NCBI GenBank assembly: GCA_030704615.1
Contig: CM060734.1
Coordinates: forward strand, 19,344,001 to 19,408,000
Reading direction: 5' to 3'
Length of the DNA: 64,000 bases
Source of the DNA: Takakia lepidozioides
Lineage: Eukaryota; Plantae; Bryophyta
Part shown: piece after piece, positions 38,801 to 51,089 of the stretch
Layout of the letters: each line of letters opens with the position of its first letter
How positions within the stretch are numbered: the stretch's first letter is position 1
Program-made: the position numbers and the translations under genes
Notes under the pieces: generated by a model
Databases searched by the model: none
Told to the model about the DNA's origin: nothing
The model's input: only the letters and a program-made list of their open reading frames with translations

Positions 38801-41800
38801 TATTCGTTAACCTTTTTTTGGTCTATACAAATGTTGTAAGGCCAACCAGAATCCAAAGAGATCCCAGAGAGAGAAATAAAATGACAGAAAAATGAGAAAT
38901 ACTTGACTCATTGCACAGCATCAAACTCAATGGTGAACTTCTACCCAACAGAGATAATGAAGAGCTACCAACCTTCTATAGCGGCCTCGAGTTTCATGAC
39001 AATGTTCTTTGCATTGTCAATTGCCATTTTGACAAATTCAATAAAGAAAGAGTCCGGGACATGACCAGCCGAAAGCAGGAGTATCAAATCTTTTGGAAGC
39101 TTCGCCTCTTTCGGCCATGAGCTGGAACCGGCAACATTTTACACAAAGCCACCATAACCAACCTTGAGACCCATATTCAAGATCCAAATTCGAGGTAAGA
39201 AAATCCAGTCAGCTTTGATGTGGCAACCATACCGGAACCATGCCAACCTTCATACATCTTGACAAGATGCTTGAAATCATCCACATTTAAGATCATGTGT
39301 AAATAAATGGGTGCATTCCAGTAACATCCCTATCAGCCATCTAAGACAACAATCGTGAAATCAATTGCTAGTTTAAATACCTTGTGGTCAGCAGCTCCAA
39401 TGAATCCTCGGTCATAAATCCATCAAGCCTGGAATCTGAATCCACCTTCAACATGGACCTTCGATACCGAATAGTCGGTGAAGTTAACTGCAGCCATACA
39501 AATCCAACAAGTATCTCAGGTTAACACACCATCTTCTTTCTCTACGTTGCAAGAATAAGTCAACATCTGACTAGATAAGAATTAATGAAAAACTATTCTT
39601 AAAATGTTCAAATAGTCTTCACTTGACACAAAAACAGATTACCGTGAGCTATAGACATTAACTACTGAACTTCTATGTCTCTGTTCTGGATTTTCTCTTA
39701 CTCTCTTCTCAGCATCTATAAAGACTCCCCCAATTAAGATGTGCAGATTGATGTAACAGCAAGGTAGATGTGTACTGCATGGAGGCATCCCTTCGCATTG
39801 AATGATATCCCTCAACATCCAGAACTATTCCAACTTCAGATGACTGTCAAAAACCGCCTCACCAGTTGCAAGAACTTGAGCAATACCACTACCTATCTGC
39901 ACGCATACCCTGTAACCACCAGGTCCATTTCCAATAGGTATCGAGGAACTAATCATCGCATCTACAAAAGCATGAATCCTCATGCTTTCCTTAACACAAA
40001 CCTTGTAGTTAACTTGATAAGTACCCTTAATGGCCTTGCCTTTGGAGAACTGGCGGATCTGCAGCAGTGTCGGATATCCTTTCTGGATACACATTCATAA
40101 AAAGAGCATAAAAGCTATGTTAGTCCTGATTGTAAATCTTTTGCATTGAATTCAAAGACAATACACAAAAGCCTGCAACTGAGATGAAAGCGTAACACCA
40201 GGCAACTAAGGCAATTGGTTGGTTAGATTACACAATTGTTAACATTTCGAAGGTGAACAATTTAAGGAAAAAAATAGACCATATCCAAGACAAAGTGAAT
40301 GTCTATTTGAAGATTAAAAACAGCAAACAAACTTTTTGATGTCCGTGGGAAGCTCAAAGAGCTTATGGAACAAGAGAAACCAAGGCAAGGCAAAAAGTGG
40401 GGCCCTAAACAAGCCCTAAATCTTGTCTTCCATATTGAGCTGTTGATCACTCTTCAGAAGAGCATTGGCCAGCTGTACAGGTACTTCAACATTGCCAGGA
40501 ATCTTGCAGAAGACAAGCAAGGACCCCCACACCACAGCATGGCTTGATTGGCATTTTAAAAATGGAGTTCTTCGCCTCATGCAGGTTATTCTCTGGCACC
40601 AGTATTCACCATTTCTCTCACCTTTGATGTAAGTCTGAGAGCCTCACAAACATATGCCACCACGCATCTGTCGTCTTCATAAGAGAATGAAGAAATGTTC
40701 CTCAGTCTCAATCTACTGCTGGTCAAGCAGAACCGTTCAGCAGGTTGCAGTTTCCCCCATCTGCCTGTCTCCCATCCTGAGATGGTGGGATCCAACCCTG
40801 AATGGGAATCCCAATGCCCGTAATATTGATGTACAAAACAGCGCAAACCAGTAACTGGATTGTATGATTCTAACATTGGAGAAGACAAGGAAGGTATCGT
40901 GATAGAACTGCAGCTTGGTTGCAAGTGGGGGTTGGGATTTCCAGGTTCGCTGGACATGGAGTTCCATCAGCTCTTGCCTAATCTGTTTGTTGCTGTCATG
41001 TTTGGAAGAAATTTCCAGACCTTGTGGATTTTGGGCTAGTAGGAGTAACACATGCTGTGTCGATTCAAGCATATCAACATGTCCTTGAACCTTCTGATTT
41101 GGGCCAGGCATGGACTGGTAACTGCTTGGGGGGCAGAGATCTCAGCCTTGTAAGGAAGATGAAATGAAATGAAATGGTACTTTATAACGTCCGCGGAAAG
41201 CTCAAAAAGCTTATGGGACAAAATGGAAAAAACAAGAGAGGAAACAAAAACCAGAGCCAAACAAGAGCCAAAAGAAACTACTGCTCAAGGGATTGTCTGA
41301 GGGTCAAGGCCTCATGCAGGTAAGCTGCCAAACATTTCTGATCCTCATAGTGGAAGACTTCAGTGAGAGATTGAGTTCCACGAAATAGACAGTGGAATCT
41401 CCCACGGATCTCATAATATAGAGGGCAATAAAAGAAGGAAGTGTTGTTCAGTTTCAATTTCCTGGCTGCGCCCGGTGCAAGCTTTAAATCGAAGGGGTAT
41501 GCAAGCAAATTCAGCATGTAAAATCAGACATGGTAAAAGAAGGAACTACAAGTCCGCATCAACTGATGAGACATAAAAGAATGATACATGAAAGAGGAGA
41601 AATGAAATGAATTGGTGCTTTACAACGTCCGCGGAAAGCTCATAGAGCTTATGGGACAAAATGGAAAGAAAAACATGAGAAATGAAATGAAATGAAATGG
41701 TGCTTTATAACGTCCACGGAAAGCTCATAGAGCTTATGGGACAAAATGGAAGAAAACGTGAGAGAGGAACAAATCCAGAAACCAAGAATAACAATTAATG

Positions 41801-44800
41801 TTCTGGCGATTGTCTAAGGGTGAAGGCCTCGTGCAGAGGCTGCCAAGTTTTTGATCCTCATAGTGGAAGACATCAGTGAGAGTTTGGGTTCCACTGAATA
41901 AACAGTGGAATCTCCCACGGATCTCGTAGTATAGAGGGCAGTAGAAGAAGAAGTGTTCTTCAGTTTCAATTTCCTGGCTGCGCCCTATGCAAGCTGGACA
42001 TAGGCGGTCCTCCCGTTGCAGGTTTTCCCATCCGCCAGTCTCTATCCGTAGGTTGTGGGAACCCACCCTGAACCGCCCCAATGCCCTCAGGAGGGAAGGA
42101 GATAAGGATGCTGAAAGGTAATTTGGTCTCGAGATTCTATCATCACGGAGCACCAAGAATGTCTCTCGATAGAAGTGGAGCTTTGTCGTGAGATTGGGTA
42201 GCTTCCAAGTTCTCTTGACATGTAATTCCATAAGCTCTCTCCTAATGAGTCTGTTGCGGTCATGTCTGGATGTGATGTCCACCTCATCTGGATTCATTGG
42301 TAATAGGAAAGCAGTAGAGAGTCCGTTGCGTTGAAATAAACTGTCCACTCGAGCATACCAGGAGTTCCTGAAACCTGCAGCTTTGAGCCTCATAGATGTT
42401 GTGAGGGCCCTTGCCACGAGCCCCTTTGGGTGGAAGGGCCTGTAATCTATGGAGAAAGATTGTAAGCCAGAAGAGGGCCTCGGATTGCAATGGTACACAT
42501 GTGAACTCTGCACCTAGGATCTGAGATGGAGTTGTGCTCCTGGCGCCAAGCATTGCTTGGAGAAAAGATGACTGTAATGGTTCCAGATTCTTTTCCCACC
42601 AGGAGACAGGGACACCAGGTGCCCAGAACTCACAACCATAGATGGTAGCAGGGCTGACGACGGTGTCAAACAGCCACTTTTTGGTCGGGGGATGACGCAG
42701 ATGTATTTGCTTGCATTTGGCCTGAAGGCGGATGGAGGCCGCCTTACCTTTAGTCAATGTGAGAGAAAACAGGAAACCAGAGTCAGAGATAAGAACTATT
42801 GTTCGAGTGATTGTCTAAGGGTGAATGCCTCGTGCAGGTAGGCTGCCAAGCATTTCTGATCTTCATAGTGAAAGACCTCAGTGAGAGATGGGATTCCACG
42901 GAATAGACAATGGAATCTAACACGGATCTCATAGTATAGAGGGCAATAGAAGAAGAAGTGTTCTTCAGTTTCAATTTCGTGGTTGCGCCCTGTGCAAGCT
43001 GGAAAAGGAGAAAGAGAAATGAAATGAAATGAAATGGTGCTTTATAAGAGAAACTTGAAAACATCCACAGTAAGTTGAAAGAGCTATTAGGAGAAAGATA
43101 GCAGGATACAGGTAATGAAATGATCCTTGAATGTATGTGGGAAGCTCAAAGAGCTCATGGGACAAGGGAAAGCATGAAACAAGAGTGGGGCCCTCCACAA
43201 GCAGCCCACTACTGCGGATCCCATAGTAGGCAGGACTGTAATGAAATTGGATACAGTCCACAGGAAGCTCAAGAGCTTATGAGGACGAAATGAAATGGAA
43301 CTTCTGCAGAACGTCTAAAACGGCTGCAGAAAGCTCAAAGAGCTTATGGGACAAAAGGAAAACAAGAAACAAGAAAGAGAAATGAAATGAAATGAAATGG
43401 TACTTTAGAACGGCCACAAACAGCCCAAAAGCAACTAACGCTGAAGGAATTGTCCGAAAGAGTCAATGCTTCATGCAGGTGAGCTGCCAAGCATTTCTGA
43501 TCCTTGTTATGGAAGACCTCTGTGCGAGATTCGGTATCCCAGAACAGACAGTTGAATCTCCCACGGATCTCAATAGTATAAAGGGCAGCGAAAGAAGAAA
43601 TGTTCTTCACTTTCAAATTGGGGCATTTTCCACCTACGAGGTCTCTATCCACAGACTGTGGGAGGCCACCCCGAACCTCCCCAATGCCTTAGAGGATAGG
43701 GAGATAGAGCTGCAGACAGGTATCTAGGCCACAAGATCCTGTTGACAAAGAACCAAGAAGGACTTCCGATAGAATTGTTGTTGGAGTGGCTGGTTTCCAT
43801 GTCTGCCTGACCTGCAGTTCCATAAGTTCTCTTCTGATGCATCTGTTGCCGTCCTGTTTGGACGCAATATCCAACCCCTTAAAGGAGAGTCCGTTGCGCT
43901 CAAAAAAGCTGGATACCCGAGCATACCATCAGCACTTGAAACCAGCCGTTTTGAGCCCGATAGATGCTGTGAGGTCCCGGCCTGTCAACCCCTTGGGTGG
44001 AGGGGCTTGTAACCTTGTCAGAAAGATTGTAAGCCGGAAGATGGGCTCGGGTTTGAAGTGGGATGCATACAAATTCCGCACATAGAATTTGTGATGGTGT
44101 TTTCCCTCTAGCTCCGAGCATTCGGAGGAAGGACGATTGCAGCGGTTCCAGATTCTTTTCCCACCAGGAAACTGGGACACCAGTTGCCCAGAACTCTCAG
44201 CCATAATTGGCGGCAGGGGTGACAAAGGAGTTGAAGAGCCACTTTCGGTGGGGTGGTTCAATGTGGAAAGTAGCAAGGCTGGAGTTTAGCAGGGTCCAGT
44301 GCAAGATAGACCACTTCTGCTGTTGTCGGGTTTCAGTGTGGAAAGTAGCAAGGCTGGCACCCAGAGGGTTCTGGCACCAGAGTGTTTATTTGCATTTAGC
44401 CTGAAGGCATATGGAGGCAGCCTTGCCCTTGGTCAATCTGTCCATAGCAGGTGATACAAACTGAGATTTGAGTGAGTGGATAACCAGCCCCAGGTATGGG
44501 CACAAATTCACGAATTGGTCCCCCATCCAAAGGCACCCTCCAACTCCATTATTCCTTGCAATGTATCCTTCCAAAGCATCTATATAGATGCCAATAGGGT
44601 GAAATGAAATGAAATGGTGCTTTAGAACGTCCGCGGAAAGCTCATAGAGCTTATGGGACAAAATGGAAGAAAACATGAGAGGTGAAATGAAATGAAATGA
44701 AATGGTGCTTTATAACGTCCGCGGAAAGCTCGTAGAGCTTATGGGACAAAATGGAAGAAAACATGAGAGAGGAACAAATCCAGAAACCACAATTAATGTT

Positions 44801-47800
44801 CTAGCGATTGTCTAAGGGTGAAGGCCTCGTGTAGGTAGGCTGCCACGCATTTTTGATCCTCATAGTGAAAGACATCAGTGAGAGTTTGGGTTCCACTGAA
44901 TAAACAGTGAAATCTCCCACGGATCTCGTAGTATAGAGGGCAGTAGAAGAAGAAGTGTTCTTCAGTTTCAATTTCCTTGCTGCGCCCTATGCAAGCTGGA
45001 CATAGGCGGTCCTCCCGTTGCAGGTTTTCCCATCTGCCAGTCTCTATCCGTAGGTTGTGGGAACCCACCCTGAGCCGCCCCAATGCCCTCAAGAGGGAAG
45101 GAGATAAGGGTGCTGAAAGGTAATTTGGTCTCAAGATTCTATCATCGCGGAGCACCAAGAATGTCTCTCGATAGAAGTGGAGCTTTGTCGTGAGATTGGG
45201 TAGCATCCAGGTTCTCTTGACATGTAATTCCATAAGCTCTCTCCGAATGAGTCTGTTGCGGTCATGTCTGGATGTGATGTCCACCTCATCTGGGTTCATT
45301 GGTAATAGGAAAGCAGTAGAAAGTCCGTTACGTTGAAATAAACTGTCCACTCGAGCATACCAGGAGTTCCTGAAACCTGCAGCTTTGAGCCTCATAGATA
45401 TTGTGAGGGCCCTTGCCACTAGCCCTTTGGGTGGAAGGGCCTGCAATCTATGGAGAAAGATTGTAAGCCTGAAGAGGGCCTCGGATTGCAATGGTACACA
45501 TGCGAACTCTGCACCTAGGATCTGAGATGGAGTTGTGCTCCTGGCGCCAAGCATTGCTTGGAGAAAAGATGACTGTAATGGTTCCAAATTCTTTTCCCAC
45601 CAGGAGACAGGGACACCAGGTGCCCAGAACTCACAACCATAGATGGTAGCAGGGCTGACGACGGTGTCAAACAGCCACTTTTTGGTCGGGGGATGCCGCA
45701 GATGTATTTGCTTGCATTTGGCCTGAAGGCGGACGGAGGCCGCCTTACCTTTAGTCAACCTGTCGAAGGCAGTGGCTGCAAAGTGAAACTTGGGGGAGTG
45801 GATAACCAGACCTAGGTACCGGTATGATTTCACGATCTCAATTTCCTGCTGGTTGAAGATGAATCTACGATCAGCCTGGCCATTGAAGACCATGATCTTG
45901 GTCTTGCTAAGATTGACCTGCATCCCATAGTCTTTGCAGAACTGTTCCAAAATTTTGAGATGGCGTTGCAGAAAGACCGGGGATTGTGCCAAAAGGGCAA
46001 CATCATCAGCATAGAGGAGATCTGATTGGGTTGGTCCCCCATCCAATGGGACCCCAGCCCCATGGTTTTTTGATATGTAATTCTCCAAGGCGTCAATGTA
46101 GATCCCGAACAGGGTAGGTGAAAGGGGGCAGCCCTGTTTGACTCCAATGTTGCTGTGGATCTCGGCTGAGAATTCACCAGCGACGTTGACCATGCCAGTG
46201 ACAATCTCATACATAGAAGAGATGCCACAAAGGATGTCTGGAGGGACTTCCACTCTATGGAGCCGTTGGAAGAGAAGGTCCCGAGGAACTGAATCAAAGG
46301 CTTTGTGAAAGTCCACGAAGCAAACATAGACCATTCTTTTGTCATAGCGTGCACTTTCCACCATAACTTGAAGAGTGAAGATGTGGTCAAGGATCGGTTT
46401 CGACGGAAACCAGCCTGTCCCTCAGCACGAATGCGAGAGTACTCAGCCCAATCATCCAGTTCCATGGCCACTACTGCCCCAAACAGTTTAGCAAGTAATG
46501 AGGACACCATGATAGTACGATAGTTTGTCGGTGCGAGCCTGTCACCGCTCTTAAAAAGTGGGTGGATGATGCTCTTTGTCCACTCTGTTGGAAAGCCCCG
46601 TTGCACCACCTCATTGAAGAGGTTAGCTGTAAAAGGGGCTAAAGTAGGTGCAGCATGCTTGATGAATTCACTCTGAAGTCCTGAAATGTCCACCGCTCTG
46701 CCATTTTGCAGCTTCTTGATTGCCTTACTGACATTGGCTGTAGTAAAGAGAGAGAAGTGAAGGGCAGTCCAAAGAGAGAGGAACCCTCCACAAGCAGCCC
46801 AAAAGTTACTATTGCTCAAGGGATTGTCAAAAGAATGTCAAAATTCATAACGTACATGGGAAGCTCAAAGAGGTTGAGACAAAGCAAATAGAAAACAAGA
46901 CAGAAAGGAGCTTGCAGGATTGAATCTAAGATAGTCTCAGAGGACAAGATAACTTTAAATATTTCTTGAATAGCAGTGAGTACTCCCTGCTGACTATGCA
47001 CATAAGATAGCCAGGGATTACAGGGGATGGTCACTCAGGACGATGCCCCATCATAAAAAAATGTAACCAGGGACAGGAAATGACTATGTTAGTGTGGACA
47101 GATTTCAGAAACTTCAACATCAACAGTTGAGGCAGGCAGCAAAGAGCAAAGATAGTCTAGGTCATCCCAGTAACATTACTGTGTATTTGAATATCCAGTG
47201 GCATACACACCTGTCTTCCGAAAGCGTTAGACTCTTTGCCTTTGAAGATAGAAGTGGGACACTTGCGTGCCAAACATGGAGAAATCTCGCCGGCACCATC
47301 AGTATGGGAGAGCATATTCCCTGACTCATCCGAGGTCTGCGAGGGCCATGATGGTACCAACCCAAAAGAACAGACAAGTGGAGCTCAATGAGACAAGTGA
47401 GACCATGGTCAACAGCAACACTCTACATTTGAGATAACATGTACCCCTAGCAGAAACTTGTCAAACAAGCTTGATGCATTTCAGGAAGTTCCACTGGGAC
47501 CCAGTGCTTGCTAAGATAACTTGCTGCACAAAATTTCCGGGAGTGCTTTCAAGGGAAAATGAGTGCAGCAAAAAAATAATACCAGCAAAATTCATGTAAA
47601 TGGAGAAAAGAAACTTTTGTCATGCGAAATGCAGCTAGAAAGGACTACATTACCTGGCTAAGCCTGTCAGAAATCTCCTCAATATTGACATTTTCCAAGT
47701 CAATGTCTATAGAAATGGAATTGGATAGTGCAAGTGCCAACCTGGATATGAATTTGATCAGTTCTGCAATGATGAGACACAAAAGAAAAGAAAAAGATAG

Positions 47801-48763
47801 AAAGGAGCTTTATGGTCCACAAGAACCTCAGACTAGAACTCAAGTCCCTCCTGTAAACAGACGTAAAGTCATCTCTCTCGTCATGAAGAATGTCTGTCAA
47901 GGATTGGCTGTCCCTGACAAGGCAGAAGTAGCAACCTCTGATTTTATAGCAAATTCACATGCAGAAAATAATGACAGAGAAGAAATGAAATGATACTTTA
48001 TAACATCCACAGAAAGCTCAAAGGGCTTATGGGACGAGAGAAAAGTTACTGTATTTAGTCGTCACATTCTCAAAGCAACACAAACACGAAAACTGACAGC
48101 ATTGAACATTATTCTGCTTCCCCTATGCTCAGGCACATATGGCCATCTTAGCCTGTTGTTGCCTTGCACACAATGGCCAGAATAACACGCATCTGATTGG
48201 TAGCTTGCACAGCTGGAGCCAGCTGCGCAATGGCAGTTTTCATATAAGGTGAAAGTAAAATCAGACAATTGACCATCTCATCCAGCTCTTTGTGCGCCCA
48301 TTCTCCACCGTGCTGCCCATTCCCTAGTCTGACCAAATGGCTGCAGACTCTGCAGGCCACCCTGCTGCACAAAGGAAATCTAATAGAAAAGCACTAGCTC
48401 TCTCTGTGGGTAGGCAGAGAAAAGCACCTCCATAAAGAAAAACCAATCAGCATTCATCCTCACTAAGAGAGTGACTGCTCGATGTACCATAGCTACAAAA
48501 GACTTCTAGAGTATGGATAATCACAATGTTTTAGGGATCAAAATCGGTCAGACCCAATCCATGTGCAAGCAATCAAATGGTGAAAAACCCAATTTACCTG
48601 ACAGCAAATTTGGCCAAGCTTGAGATGGAGAGAATGTGCATAATGAGGCATTGTGCAGCAAGAATCCTCTTGACATATCTGAAGCCAGGGTCTTCCAAGT
48701 CCACATCCGCCAGAGACAGGGTACAGACAAAGTAGCACCTCACTGACCGTGTCATATCAGAAT
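29821..48763 (-). CDS. RDR3: RNA-dependent RNA polymerase, RDR3/4/5 (gamma) type; about 694 codons recovered, 5' exons not found in window
   Basis: 13 exons in a continuous frame without stops: 48763-48598, 47741-47654, 47336-47211, 40082-40002, 39487-39381, 39121-38973, 36723-36498, 34675-34450, 34252-34104, 33061-32905, 32290-32101, 30962-30805, 30081-29821. Motifs: [133 protein letters not shown]. The symbol denotes the clade, not strict orthology. Confidence 0.9.
30150..30240 (-). mobile_element. Short LINE family 1 3' end in the last RDR intron
   Basis: gaaatgaaatgaaatggtgctttataacgtccgccgaaagctcatagagcttatgggac. Confidence 0.85.
31317..31755 (+). mobile_element. Older LINE family 1 3' fragments, antisense to RDR
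   Basis: Hairpins aagctccttgagctt (about 31338) and aagctctttgagctg (about 31662); coding remnant [25 protein letters not shown]. Confidence 0.8.
33415..33635 (-). mobile_element. Young LINE family 1 3' fragment
   Basis: Five-unit tail plus [34 protein letters not shown]. Confidence 0.88.
35016..36260 (+). mobile_element. RTEX-like LINE family 1 (copy C), antisense to RDR
   Basis: ORF 34989-36161 is nearly identical to the C-terminal part of copy A, with compensating small indels near 35697 and 35781; ends caccatttcatttc. Confidence 0.92.
37130..38810 (-). mobile_element. Degraded LINE family 2 copy with RT remnants
   Basis: [17 protein letters not shown] in ORF 38012-38215; the 3' part resembles 15990-16390 and 53470-54230 (ctccctttcctctctgc, tggaaacaagttcagggaagtt, ccaccatctgacc). 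Confidence 0.7.
40620..41482 (-). mobile_element. Two LINE family 1 remnants (older 40620-41130; 41157-41482)
   Basis: [33 protein letters not shown]; second piece has the tail plus [18 protein letters not shown]. Confidence 0.8.
41599..43001 (-). mobile_element. LINE family 1 subfamily-b 3' fragment split by copy B
   Basis: 41599-41680 joined to 42760-43001 reconstitutes the reverse complement of the uninterrupted copy at 26548-26702 (aaacatgagagaaaacaggaaaccagagtcagag). Confidence 0.85.
41681..42758 (-). mobile_element. RTEX-like LINE family 1 (copy B), 5'-truncated, nested in the 3'UTR of another copy
   Basis: Near-identical to the 3' 1.1 kb of copy A, with frameshifts; flanked by TGAGA at 41676-41680 and 42760-42764. 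Confidence 0.9.
43020..44683 (-). mobile_element. Stack of LINE family 1 pieces: tiny tails (43020-43045, 43120-43380), an old frameshifted copy (43379-44598) and a short young end (44600-44683)
   Basis: Repeated tails and hairpins; peptides [61 protein letters not shown]. Confidence 0.82.
44684..46757 (-). mobile_element. RTEX-like LINE, family 1 (copy A); 5'-truncated, RT plus C-terminal CCHC, (CATTT)n tail
   Basis: ORFs 45830-46819 and 44793-46364 join across a frameshift near 46390 (GFRRNRS/..DHIFTL). RT motifs [36 protein letters not shown]-terminus [28 protein letters not shown]. Microsatellite tail instead of poly(A). Confidence 0.92.
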
Positions 48764-49128
48764 CTGCTCCACACAAAAGCAGACATATTAGCTAAATACA
48801 TAACAGTCAAACAATGGTCTGCTAATAAAACCAACAAATTGATTCTCTCTTCTTTCAATCAAAGAGTGTGACGCTTGAAGAAACTTGCAACCCATGAATA
48901 CAATGTCATAGTAGGGCTTACAGAATCCCGCTTCTCGGTGGAGAAGTTTCATTGGATGATTGCAACTTAGTTGCCCCGCACTCCACGTGTTATGGAGCTC
49001 CAATATCCAATGAATCATAGATAGGAAATACCAACATTTCCTTCCAAAAAACCGGGTAGAAATCCTAAAGATATCTCCCGACAGGGCAAAGGCCACTAAG
49101 ATCTCCCTTAGTACATTTCCCTTAAAGG

Positions 49129-49563
49129 GTGAATAATTCATTGGTTAAAGGAACTCACATAGACAACTTTGCGAAGGACAATAAGAAAAGATGGATGCTT
49201 CCTTTTCTATCCCTCTTGATCGCCAAAGATGTTTTTGAAGAGATCCAGCTAGGGATTCTAATGGTCGGACACACCCATGAGGACATCGACGGCTTCTTCA
49301 GCTACCTTTCGAAGAAGCTAAAGGAACGAAGTACCTACATTCTTTCGGATTTGATGAGGTCATTCATGACCTCGCAAGATCTGCAGTTCATTCCACAGAT
49401 TATTCAGGAGGTTCCCGACTTCAAGAATTTTGTAAAGGGCTGTATTCTGGATGGAAAGGAGGCATTGGTCGGGATTTCGGAGATGCACATTTTCCGTTTT
49501 TTTAAGGATGCGGAGGGTTGGCCCGTCATGATGCAAGACAAGGAAATTATGGTTTGTGCTTAA
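49129..49563 (+). mobile_element. DUF7869-type (Sola-like DDD) transposase fragment
   Basis: DNFAKDNKKRWMLPFLSLLIAKDVFEEIQLGILMVGHTHEDIDGFFSYLSKKL matches the DNC..ENKN..F.SLL...GHTHEDID pattern; truncated at both ends. The Sola assignment is inference. Confidence 0.75.
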
Positions 49564-50682
49564 GGAACGATGTCGCGATTTATCATTGGAGTGATAAAGA
49601 TGAAAATTGCCAAATTTTCATCAGCGGATGACGGTGGAAAATTGAATGACAGGCAGGGATGAAATCACTAATTGGCATCAATGGATGGATGACGGACTAG
49701 CAGGATGACAGGGCGATGAAAGCACCAATGAAGAAAGTTGATCACATGGGGATGAGACTGCAGAAGTAGACAAAGGACTCAGCGGTGATTTAGTGGGTAG
49801 AGTGGCCACAATAATATTAGCTAGGTGGCACTAAGATAAAGGGTGGATAGAAGGAGGTACACGTCGCCTCCAGATGTATTTAGCAACAGACAGGCATGTG
49901 GCACAGAGGGGAATAATACCCGGTGTCCACTAAGTCTTCAAGCCTAAGGTTGCAACTGATTATGTTGTGGGGTCTAGTTATTAAATGATCACGTGAAGTG
50001 GCGGCATAGCTAAGACGAAGTTTATGATCGGGTCAGGTATAAGACGAGTGGTTCATCTCTCTCAGATTGTGGTATTAGCTTATGTTGATTTTGAAGTAAA
50101 TGATGGAGATTGCAATCAGTGGAAGTGAGCACTGGAATCACCATGGTGTGGAGTAGAAGTTATCCATTAACATAGGGGAGGGTTATGATGGTTAGCTAAA
50201 GTGTTTTTAGGGGACTAACTCTCATGCATCGAAGCATCCGATTCGCGTCTATACAAAGAGAGGACGTCGGCTTAGCCAGCATGCACGATATGGCTGGGCA
50301 CTAAGGATAGTGAACTGATACCAGTATGCAGTAGAGCAGTTTCTTCATACACTTCTCTGCAAAACCAAATTAGACACATGTGTTAATACTTGACGAAGGC
50401 ATGAACACCAGAGAGGGTCGGAAGTAGGCATTACGGTAGGCCTAGTGCGACTGGTGCATGATGCAAATACCAGAGATGAAAGCGGATGAAGAACCAAACT
50501 CAAGGGCATTGGGTTACCCTCTAGGGATGATAAACAAAGAAGTCAAACAAAATGTCTAGACAAATCTCAATGCCGAATCTCCATTTGTGCCAGGTTTTCT
50601 CTTCCGCTGCAGCCTGGGATAAATGGTGTACTAACTGGATGGATTGTCATGGGTTGTAGGCCCCTTTCTTTTTTACTTACAC

Positions 50683-51087
50683 CAGCAGTAGGATGAAAAA
50701 ACAGGAAATAACATCCAAGGCATCGGTTTTACATCCTTACAGGTAATTCCACATCCCAAAAATGCCTCATCCGGTACGGATGAAAAAACAATAAAAGAGG
50801 AATGAAAAAATTAATATCCTGGCATTTTTCATCCGATATGGATGGAAAAATAGGATGCTAGTGGCAACCCCCACAGAGGTAATTTCTCATTCTCTGGTGA
50901 CTCATCCGGTATGGATGGAAGTCAATAAAAGAGGAATGGAAAATCAGAGACTCGTCTTAGAGGTAATTCAGTGTCCACCCTGGTAGTTCATCCGGTATGG
51001 ATGAAAAATCATTATAGGACGGGTGAAAAAACTGCTAGAGTCCATCCGGTATGGATGAAAACACAAGAAATTAATGTATGCTTACCA
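50683..51087. repeat. Transposon arm, inverted copy of 54440-54868, with TCATCC-N5-GGATGA dyads
   Basis: Colinear reverse-complement matches, e.g. cagtaggatgaaaaaacag / ctgttttttcatcctactg, ctcattctctggtgactcat / atgagtcaccagagaatgag, gtgtccaccc / gggtggacac. Confidence 0.85.
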
Positions 51088-51089
51088 AT

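Noticed and set aside
230-48030. Recurrent conserved 60-bp palindromic unit that superficially resembles CRISPR repeats or an ncRNA family
   Set aside because: Irregular spacing, and it is contiguous with the LINE ORF stop codon in long copies; it is the LINE 3'UTR.
48062-48372. Cys-rich and other short ORFs in an RDR intron
   Set aside because: No family resemblance; exons 48598 and 47741 splice in frame directly.
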